A DNA stretch of 64,000 nt, from assembly GCA_964035545.1 (NCBI GenBank), contig OZ037768.1, forward strand, positions 12,781,675-12,845,674, written 5' to 3'. The notes beneath the pieces are model-generated. The model had not been told where the DNA came from and ran no database searches. It was given only the letters and a program-made list of their open reading frames with translations. This stretch comes from Bugula neritina. Lineage: Eukaryota; Animalia; Bryozoa. How positions within the stretch are numbered: the stretch's first letter is position 1; each line of letters begins with the position of its first letter. Of the stretch, positions 1 to 17,056 are shown piece after piece. Position numbers and translations under genes: made by a program.

Positions 1-6233
<6,233 letters not shown>

Positions 6234-8382
6234 CGTAGCCTAAAGAAAGATTTAGTGCTGGTCAACTATAAAGTAGTGTTTTTGTTCACATTAACCATGC
6301 TTTAATATGACCATTCTAAGGCTTTACTCTAGTATCTCTGTATCCTTCAAACTATCTCACAATTTTGGGTTTTAAAGTATCCCATAAACTGACAGTATTT
6401 CTAAAATATTTTGTAAAAGACTAATATTTTTATAAAGTTGTATTATTCAATTTTTCACTTTTTGCATAAATTTTTGATAACACCATACAACTATATTTTG
6501 TGTATAGTATAGAATTTAAAAGTTTTATATTGTAAATTATTTGGACAATGTTTTATGATCATTGAGAATCTCAGCATTTATTGCAATTGATTTTGCTAAC
6601 TGCTTTAATTCTTTAGTGATTTGCAAAGAATTATTACTTAATTACTCTAGTATGTTTGATAGTTTTAAAGTATACACCATATTTACACGAGAATCTTCAA
6701 AGCTCACTTTTATAAACTGTTTTGTCAAATAAAAATTATATAAGCATATTGTTTTTTGGAGATTTATTTTGTCAAAACAAATGCAGAGAAACGAACTTTC
6801 ACAAGCACCTATTATTTTTTGAAAAGCAGCAAAACAAGTGAGCTAAAAAAGTAATGCAAAATATGAAAGCTACAAAACACTATACCATTAGAGGTATAAA
6901 TATATGAAAAGCTAGCTGAGATAAATCTGATTCAGCAATAAACAAAACCTTAGAAGCTATTTCTTCTAACACTCTCAAAATAAACCTCAGCTACTTTGAC
7001 ACCCTACGTATTACATAGAGGTACCTATAGCGAGGTAGAATCTTGAGTAGGATATCTGCTTACAAACTAAAAGTACCTACAACATGGCGACCAAAACAAC
7101 CTGGCTTCATTACACACATTTGTTTCAACAGGGTGAGATAATTCCACATATTCAACTTGCATTACTTAATACTAGTTCTAAAGGTCTGATACATGTTTGA
7201 TAAACATGTAATGTTTAGTCTGATTGGTTTCCGAGTTATTTGGGTGTTGTCACATGACTCATAGATATTAACATGTACATTGGATCAGCTGCACTTAATA
7301 GACTCACAATCTTTTGTTAAAGTACAAACACAACCTAGACATTGGTGTTAAGTATCAATAGTCACTGGATACAGTATCATGATAATACAGTTTTTTCACT
7401 CATAGTTGACCTGGTTGATTTCTGTAACAAGCAATGGCCTGTGACCAAAGTGAATGGTAGGAGTGCTATCTGTCTCTGATCCAACAGAGAACAAGTTTAA
7501 GTCCAATTCTGGCACATAGAGCACATTATACATGGTGAAGAGTTTGAAATTGCTTACAAGTTACCTGCATGTTGAATTCCAAAATACTCACACTGATGGC
7601 AGCTGGTGTATATTTCATAGACTGGCATGTTGTGGAGTATATTATACTATGTATAGCTACAGTACATAATTATAGAGATTGACAACAGCTATAATAGAAT
7701 AATTTATTATTTTAGCTGAAATGTTATAGGAAGTCAAGATACAGGTTATGGACTCAATATGGGTAATCTCTCTGTTCATTCATTAAATTAAATATCTAAA
7801 ACAATACCAAGACAGCAAGCTGGTGACAAAAAGTTATGCAGCAAGCACCAAGGTGATATATGTCATCAATCAGTGAACAATAGCAGGCTAGGTTTTTGTT
7901 TGTAATTTACAACCTACAGCACTGGTTTTGTGTAGTTTGATTAGTATACATGCATTATATACTGCCATGTAAATAAATATACTATTGACTATGTTGCTGT
8001 AAAATAACAAACCTAAAGCTTAAAAGTTGAAACAGTTGACGGGTTACCTCCCTCTTGCAATAAGTTGCCAACGAGAGTGAAAATAAAGTAACTGATTACA
8101 TTTACTAATAGCTTTACTGCCCATAATGAAAATTCTGCTACCTACTTTGAAGTTATAATTGCTATATGTTGTTGATAATTTAAATAAATTAACATGTAGT
8201 ATTGAAAATTAAAGCAGGGCTAATTAATCAACAAATATTACGCAATCAAGCAGTTCACTACATTGAGCACTTGCTGCAGCATATTGTTTTGTATTTTCTG
8301 TACATAAACATCATACAAAACCAACAAATTTTGCAATATTGTCACTAGTGTAGAAGTTTGCTCCATGTGGCCAAACTTTAAC

Positions 8383-8860
8383 TCACACACACGCGCACAC
8401 ACACGCGCACACACACACACGCACACACACACACGCACACACACACGCACACACACACGCACACACACACGCACACACACACGCACACACACACACACGT
8501 ACACACACACGTACACACACACGTACACACACACGTACACACACACACGTACACACACACGTACACACACACGTACATACACACGTACATACACACGTAC
8601 ATACACACGTACATATATATACATTTTACACAAGAGTTAACATTTATGTATATAGCACATCTTACATTACAGTCAACACATGTATATACACATCCTACAC
8701 TACAGTTAACACATGTATATAACACATCTTACACTACAGCAAACACATGTATATACACAGCTTATGCTATAGTTAACACATGTATATACACAGGTTATGC
8801 TACAGTTAACACATGTATATACACAGCTTATGCTACAGTTAACACATGTATATACACATT
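8383..8860. repeat. (CA/CACG)n microsatellite followed by a ~33-bp minisatellite (gttaacacatgtatatacacagcttatgctaca)
   Basis: Directly visible. Confidence 0.9.
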
Positions 8861-8863
8861 TCA

Positions 8864-11800
8864 GAGGCGTTCCGTTGACACAGCTGCTAGAGATGCTCAT
8901 TATTTTTACCAACAGCCAAAACGATAGTAACTATTCCTTGTCTTTAGTAGAAAACTATTTGATAACAAGAAATAATTTAATTTCCATACCAACTTATGAA
9001 GAATGTATAAACGCAGAGGTTGAAATAAGCAACAAGGGGAACATTGTGATCCTAGCGGACGTACAAGATAAGAGCATTGATTCATCAACCTACTGCAGTT
9101 CTACTAACAAAACCTGCCACTTCCTCTTCATGTATGTTCCCCAAGGGCAGACCACTAGCAGAGCATTTTGTGCCAACAGCGCTACGGGTGTATATAGATG
9201 GCTCCCTAATCCCACTCAATGAAAGCATAGAGAATTGTGGGCTTCTGTGGGCAGATGGGAGCGTGGATTATGTAGATCAGATGAATGATGCCGAGACATG
9301 TGACCTTTATGACCTCATCACATACATCACGCTGACAGGAAGGAGTTAGACCGCTTTACAGTCTCGTTCTCGACCTGGAGCTCAAGGTATACTCAGTTAT
9401 GTAACTTATATGGTCCTTAGTTGAATTTAACACTCCTAAGTTTGGTGAAAGCTAATACTCTAATAGAATTTAACAGAACATATTGCTTTGGTGATGCAGT
9501 AGAAATGGCAATGCTGTTCTCTGGGTGAAGTCTAGCAACGTGACGTGTCACAAAAATTTAAAAGGGCAATATCTGATTTCTTTTTTACCCTTTTGGTACC
9601 TGAGAGGCAGGTGTAGTAATGGAGAAACTTAGAAAAGCCTGTGTTCTAGATTAAAAATGAAGCAAAGGAGGTTGTGTTGTCGTAAAACTTTTAACCCACA
9701 CCCCAAATTAGGAATTTATAATGAAATTAAAATACTTAAGCAATCTAAATATGTTCATTACTGCTTTTAAAAAGTATCTGAGTTATCTATCCACTCTTTA
9801 GCAGTTGATAAAGTATTGCTAAAAACTTTGCAATCTAGAATTAATCTTGGAACTCACTGATGTGTGGTTAATATAGCTATATTGTTACTATAATATATTC
9901 TACACAGTATTATGCAGTCATGACTTATATGACTTAAGCTAAAGCCTATGTAACTCTTCAGCTGCTGCATGAATAGCTTTATATGAGACTTTATCCTCTT
10001 CTTCAAGTATTTCTGATATAATTCTTACTTCCTTCGTATTCTCATTAAAATAGTATTTATGTACTCATGATGTATATACTCATCATATTTAAATCGTTTG
10101 AACTTTCTCCTGCTTCCTCAATTTATTCTAGCCAATCATTTACGGCAGCAACGACAGTTTTGGCAAATTTTTGATAAAAAGCTCTAACTGTCAAAAGTTT
10201 TGACAGATTTAACAACTTTCAAAAAATGCAGCTCTTATAAATTCTGTTGAGCTCTTGTGCTTTTCTAATTTCATTTCCAGCTGCTTTGGGACAGCCTGTG
10301 GTAACCAGCAGCAGATGTACAGTACTGCAGGCCTACTGTACTGTACGGTAGGCCTGCAGTACTGTACTGTAGGCCTGCAGTACTGTACAGTAGGCCTGCA
10401 GTACTGTACTGTAGGCCTGCAGTACAGTACTGTAGGCCTACAGTACAGTACTGTAGGCCTACAGTACAGTACTGTAGGCCTACAGTACAGTACTGTAGAC
10501 CTACAGTACAGTACTGTAGGCCTACAGTACTGTACGGTAGACCTACAGTACTGTACTATATATACACCTATATAATACCATATGACTGCTGTTTTCTAAT
10601 TCATTCCGAAGAACTAGTCTGATTTACAACCGTAACAGATATTGCCCAAGAGTTACTCAATAGCTTTTGCAGCTTTATTTCACTGTACATGTATTCAAAC
10701 TGCAGAAAACACACAGTAAAACTCAACCTTAAGCTATAGGATGTCATTAGTAAACAAGTGGCCTAAGAACAGCTAATGTATTGCAACAGCCAATGAAAGC
10801 AGTCGGAATTAATTAGACTAAAATTAGGATTTTTATTTGGTGACTTGAACAGCTTACAAATTGCGCAATAAAAATGAAACTAATAGTAGAAACAGCATGC
10901 TGAAAAATAAGAAATATCCCTGTTTTGCTTTTTAAAGTTACTAATGGTCAACTTTGTGATGGGATTTTACTATAAATGAAAAGCTATATCAATTATTGAT
11001 GACTTATAAGTTCTCCTATAGCTGTAGCAGTGTTGAGATGGTCTCCTGTTGGCTGTGCCGGTTGCTACTACACTCATGCATGCACGCAGACAGAGATTAT
11101 GTCTACTGAACTTCTGACAATCTTTCGCTAGCTGACTTTGTATATAGATGACTACTGTTATTACTCCTTAAACTATTCCAGACTGTATACATGTCATTGT
11201 CCTCTTGGAGTTAACTCTTTACTATCTATTATGGGGCATGTTATTGGAGCAAAAAACTTTGCTTTAGCAATTTGTAACGTATTGCTAGAAATTGCTGGAA
11301 CTCAATAATGTGTGGTGGTTAACAAAGCCTTATTCTTCTTATAATATCTTTTTTACACTTTATAAAAGTCTTTCGGCTTATATGCCATAAGCTAAAAGCT
11401 TTTCTAACTTTTGATAGTCAGTATTATTTATGCTGAGTGTGTACTACAATCTGCTATTTCGGCTGCTTTGAAACTCCTGATCATGCCATATACTGTGTTG
11501 AGACCAGAATTTCGTCAATTACCAAAACAACACATTGTTGGCTACATCTTGCATGTAGCTGCTGCAAAGAATGAAATCTACAAACACGCACTTTATTGTT
11601 ACAATTGCTTGAACAATATTTAACTTTACTATTGAGCAATTGAGAAATCTACCATTTAAAGTTGTTTATGAGATTTCATTGATTGGCCTTTGTACATACT
11701 TTCAGTAACAATTGTTTTCTATCCACCCCTTTTGTTAATGTTAATATTTGTATTTAATTTCGCAAGTCTATGTATATACTCTGTAGTGTAGAGATGATAA

Positions 11801-14400
11801 CTCCTCATGTTTCCGTATACTCTGTAGTCTAGAGATGATAACTCCTAATGTCTATGTATACTTCGTAGTGTAAATATGATGCCACTGTTTTTAATATTGG
11901 CTGCTATAGGGAGACTTTTGTGCATTGACCTTAGTGCAGGATCCACAGTAAATGTAACACTGCAGGTAATTCTAGTAACTGGATGCAACTGCATACAGGG
12001 TGCTTATAGTGTGCTTACAGTGTGCTTATAGTGTGCTTAAAACTAGTAGGTGCTCAATCTTTATAAACTTACAAGTTGCGGTAACTCTAAAACCCTCTGC
12101 CTAAATTACTGCAGATATAAACTGTTACATTATATTCCAACATCAAAGTATGATAGAAAACATTACTCAACCAAAAATTTATATACTTTTAGGTGCTGTT
12201 TGAGTAAATACAGTATTGAAACTGTATCTTAAAACAATATGTATAGTATCCCTTCTTACATACTAATACTGACTTTACACTTGAATGTAATTCTTTCAAG
12301 AAAGTACGATGCATAATAGCATAAAGTGGGCAACTCCAACATCTTTTTATAGATTGTGGGTCACACTGTCTATCTATATCTAAATGGAAATTACCAACAA
12401 GATTTTTTGCCAGAATCTTTCACTGACAACAGCACGATATACTCTGTTGGCGTGGGATCACGTGCCTTCAGGGGTTCCGTACATGACATACAGGTGTTAA
12501 ACATGACAGCTTCGATCAGGTAAAACTCACTTCAACTTCTATGTTAGACACAGGTTTATGTGTCATGTTGAGTAATGAAGAACTTTCTTGTAGCTTCAAC
12601 TCCATTTCCTACTACTACAGTCTAACTTTTTAATAAAAAATAAACACATCCTTCTTGTAACTTGCGTCTGTTCAAAACACACAAAACACCCAAACACAAA
12701 TAGGCCATATCCATTATAAGAACTAAATTAGAGTTTAATTCTGCAATTCTAGTCTCTGTATTCTACTTCCTGACCACATTAAACACTCGGCAGATGTGAT
12801 GCTAGTAGTGTTGAACTTGTGTAAATCACTTTCTGGGTGTTTTGATGGTCTGATGTAGTATCAGATTTTAAAATGGAAATAAAAAGTTTCTACAAATTTA
12901 TATCAATAAGCAATTGTTCTCTTAGAGTGAAATTTATGCAATGCAGAAAGGGTTGACACAAGCTCAGCACATCGTCAGACCCGAGTGTGAATGTCCAAGA
13001 TATTACTTCAACTCATTCAATCTGCTAAGCAAAGGCGCCGCTGGTGGCCCAGTTCCTGATGGCACATGTGGGGACGACTCCCATAGCTCTACTGCAGGCA
13101 GGTTTGTCGAATCAGATTCTAGTAACGGAAAGTACTCGGTGTTCACAACAGACGGATATAGATGTCTTCCCTGGTGGATGAGTTTGAAATAACCATAAGA
13201 CTACATCAGATTGTAACGGTGTGTTTATAGACTGTAGCAGTGTGTATATAGTCTACAGGCTTTAACAGTGTGTTATAGTTAACAGTCTGTAACAGTTTTT
13301 AGACGGTATACAGTCTGTAAATTTGTGTGTGGTTTCGTTTGTCTATTACTGAGGTATTGTGTGGAAGTTGGGTATCTGAATTATGTACTAAATAAATACA
13401 TATTTATATAACCTTGTATAATCACTTTTCTATAAGGTTACAAGCTAAATACATTTTTAAGAAAATTGCATTTTTTTAGTAAGAATAATGCTTATTTTGG
13501 TGTATGCAAAACAAATTTTTAATAAAAACATTAAAATTTCTTTTATTTATGTTTACAATAAAGTATTTTTAGTATCCTGGGTATTTTATGGCCTGCAGCC
13601 AATGGATCTAGAGGTAGAGGTGTATGAGGATGAGACGAGGCAAGTGGCTGTGTATGTTAGTGATGACTGCATGCAATACTATGGTACAAAAGCCTACGGT
13701 GTACAAGAACTATTTGATGTCACTAAAATTGGACACAGCACAAGCAACCAGCTGCCCGGTGGCAATCAGCCTCTCTGTAATTGACTAAGGATGGCATTTT
13801 TTCTGAGATTAGCAAGTACAAGCTGAAACATCTATCTTGTAATATTTTCATAAAAGTGTATCATGCAGCAGATTGCATGAAAAGTTTTCTTCTAGTTGTT
13901 ATGATTGTTTTCCAAGTTATTAAGTTTCAATGTAAATCGATGTTTTAGACATTCATAGTTTTGTCTTAAATTAATTCTTCAAAGCCGAAATTATAGGCAG
14001 TTTTTAAAGTTTGATTTCATAAGAAATGCTTTTGATTTTGCAGGCACTGGATGGTTCCGATTGTAATTGAATACATGCAGATATTCACAGTATGCCATCG
14101 AAATGAAAACAAACTCATCATAAGATTGAAAGGGTATTCTGGGAAAACTCCTGGAAGTCACTAAAATTGGTACAAACTAAGTCAACTGAGAATATTTGAG
14201 AGGTAGGAGATCTTGTGAGTTGACTTTAAACGCAAGTAGTTTTGCTTACATCTGCCTGTTGTTGTCATGACAACATAACTGTAGTGATATAGATATGGAG
14301 TTATGTGCTCTCTGTAAGCCAGACTGCAGGGGCAGAACTACACCATTATACCGGAGCCATTTACCATTGCAGCATACTATGACCTCTCCTCTAATATGAG
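8864..14400 (+). pseudogene. Degraded usherin/laminin-like gene remnant (LamG-like followed by laminin N-terminal-like exons)
   Basis: Exon-like pieces with AG/GT borders: 12353-12518 (VYLYLNG...FRGSVHDIQV), ~12926-13190 (EIYAMQKG...RPECECP, resembling the usherin LamG-LN junction) and ~13572-13780 (VYVSDDC). Stops and frameshifts occur in 8864-9387 and 14043-14200. Family assignment is by eye only. Confidence 0.4.
10316..10558. repeat. 21-bp self-complementary minisatellite (agtacagtactgtaggcctac)
   Basis: About 11 units built from the palindromes TACAGTACTGTA and GTAGGCCTAC. Confidence 0.92.
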
Positions 14401-14675
14401 GATATATATATGTAGCTGTGCTCTGAACATGTTACTATGCTATCCTAACTCTCATAGTTACTCTGCCACTAATTTACAAGTTAATTAGGAGTTACTGTCG
14501 GCTGTATGAGTAATCTCTCTCTGACATTCTCACTTCTCTGAGTGTTATGACCAGAGAAGGCTCAATGCAGGATTTACTTCTTATAACAATCAACACATAT
14601 ATAGAAAAATAGTATGGCTTTATATAAATTATTTTATAAGAATCATATTCAACCAAAATATAGTAATGCAACATA

Positions 14676-15222
14676 AGTAGTATAGGAAGCCACTTTTCAA
14701 CTAGTTTACATCGTCCGTAGAATTGTATAGGGCATTTTAAAATAGTTTACATCGTCCGTAGAATTGTATAGGGCATTTTAAAATAGTTTACATCGTCCGT
14801 AGAATTGTATAGGGCATTTTAAAATAGTTTACATCGCACTTGAGGAGGCATAGTCGTTTAGAAATAGTTTACAGTCTTTGTTAGATTCATAGCTACCAAG
14901 ACTGTCTCTGCATTTATTATAACGGTTTGGCATACTTTCTCAAGCCTTATTGATAATTGCATTGATATACTGTAATTTGCATGACATTGCATTATGTGGT
15001 TATGTAAGATGTTTTGTAAATAGTATTATTGTGCTGTTTTCCTTTATGTTATGAATAGACCTTATCTTTGTGGCTTTGCAAGCAACCAGTATGGTTAATG
15101 TAATAGTCATATTGAATCTTTATAAAGCTATTGTATATATCATCAGTCTTGAAGATGTTGAGTGTTCTAAATAGATATATACTATTGAACTTCCCATACA
15201 ATCCGATTACATACACTAATAC
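14676..15222 (+). repeat. Polinton left TIR (547 bp, cut by an LTR insertion), with a 41-bp x3 subterminal tandem repeat at 14702-14837
   Basis: Reverse complement of 39568-40130. Differences I could see: one substitution and a 16-bp deletion. Confidence 0.95.
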
Positions 15223-15798
15223 TGTAGTGAATTTTGCCAGTTCACTATTATTATGTGTGGGTCAACTTAAACAAAGCCACTGCACCAGGTTGTTTACGCT
15301 AAGATAACTTTATTATTTACACAAATACAAGAAGGTTATTTACTGCTAGCATGAATAGCAAACGATTACATAATTAGTGAGCTTTAATACACAACTACTC
15401 TAAATGAAGTCCCAAGCTGCTCTGCCGGCTAGCTACTCAGCGCACTGCAACTACGAGTAGCTAGCTCCACCTGCTATCAATTAGTGTGACTGTCCTGATT
15501 GGTGGTTACTAGTGGTGCCACTGCTGTCCATAGCTACAATCCGACAGGGTCGAACTCACAATATAATAAACCATATACACTGCGTTTCCATTATCGCATT
15601 ATGCGAATGGATTTTTTCATCCAGCTAATGGAAACAGTTACATCGGATGAAACCGCAACTATAAGGTAATGCAAACCACAAACCACAAATAATCCGTACG
15701 AAGCATTCATTCGCATTATGTGCAGTCATGGAAACGCAGTGATAGAGTGAACCTTTTCGATTAACACAATAATAATTGCACTACTAAAATCCATCACA
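15223..15798 (-). repeat. 3' LTR of Gypsy copy 1 (contains a MITE); PPT-like tract at 15799-15810
   Basis: 15223-15502 matches 22508-22787 with ~4 differences. The pre-LTR motif cttttcgat-purines-TGTGATGGATTTT parallels that of copy 2. Confidence 0.8.
15578..15741. mobile_element. MITE with CACTGCGTTTCCA TIRs and 3-bp TSD ATA (Harbinger- or CACTA-like)
   Basis: TIRs and ATA duplication visible. TIR resembles those of the MITEs at 59345 and 60943. Confidence 0.8.
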
Positions 15799-16549
15799 CT
15801 CGCCACACCTATCGAAAAGTACACTCTACGATTGATACTTGCATGACGACATAAAAAGGATATAAAATAAAATAAAATAAAAGATCAAAACAACAACAGG
15901 AATGAGAGAACACAAAATATGTATTCAAAATGATTTCCACATTGTAACACGATCGATCCGGGTCTGTCACAGGGTAGAGGGTCTCTCACCAAATAATGTA
16001 GGGTAGCATGAACTTAGTGAGAAGGGGAGGTACTGTTTCACACTCATCTAGTCGAAACCAAGCGATGGGGGTCGAGGAGTCCCCAGAAAAATCAAGCGTG
16101 GCAAAGGAATCTCTCCAAAGGGGGAGAGAAGGAAAGGGGGTTGGAGAGTACAAAGGAATCTCTCCAAAGGGGGGGGGGAGATGGGGGGGTTGACTGGTCT
16201 CTTTAATACCAACATCCACACTCATCGTCGTCGAATTCCCAAAAAGGAGGAAAGGAAAGGCTTCTTCATCTTGACTTCTATATTTACTTTTTACTTCATG
16301 CAGGAATCTTTAATATTACTTCTTCTTCTTATTATTCTTTTATACGGCTTTATTATTAGAGTGTAGCCACAGGAGAGAAAAGAGAGGAGCTACTCTGTCT
16401 ATACCGGAACGTAGTCGCCAGGAGAGGAGAGGGAAGAACTACTGTGTCAGTTGTCTCTGGCACTTCTGTTATGACGATCATCAGCACTGCTGTCATGTCG
16501 CTACAAGAGTCTAGTCAAGCAGCCAGCATCTAGTCGACAAATGAGATGA

Positions 16550-17055
16550 ATGATGTGACTGCGCTACGCCAGGAGAAGGAATTTGGCCCCGCCATTACAG
16601 TCTCACCTGCAACAGAATGCCAGCAACTGTTGAAGGGGTTTGCACTTGTCAGTACGACACCTCGACTGAGTCTTGCAATCACTAACCACTGATTAATAAT
16701 TAAATCATGTGGTCGACCGCCCCACTCAAGTCGTCAGTGAATCACCTGACTTGGGAAATCAACTTTATCGTTATGATAAAGCGAGACTGATTTAGGCTAC
16801 CAGCTTGAATTCTACTTAATTAATAGAATTATACTAGTAGACTTACCATAAGACAGCCCTGACTTTAGTCTGCTGCCCACTTAGGCTACGTAGTGCGCCA
16901 GCCTGCCAAGTACGTGCGTGCACGTTGGCAGTTGAATCAGAAAAGAACGCTTTTCGCAGTGAAAGTGATTGTATAATACCCCTTTCACTAGCGAGCTGAC
17001 TTCGCTCTTTTCTTACCCCCGGTGGTGTTTTGTATTACACCACTGGGGTAGGCAA
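16550..17055 (-). ncRNA. Densely structured RNA element in the 3' region of Gypsy copy 1 (function unknown)
   Basis: About 10 consecutive hairpins. G-U pairs on the minus strand become A-C mismatches on the plus strand. Confidence 0.55.
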
Positions 17056-17056
17056 C

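Noticed and set aside
14702-14837. CRISPR-like appearance of regular repeats (also 4937-5425, 35418-35910)
   Set aside because: No unique spacers, no cas genes, eukaryotic context.
16455-16490. CTGATGA on the minus strand as a hammerhead core
   Set aside because: No stem II or GAAA in the correct position.
15943-17039. Apparent solo LTR (TGTAACAC...GTATTACA)
   Set aside because: No matching TSD, and a hairpin (17014-17050) pairs across the supposed boundary, so the region is better read as continuous internal sequence.
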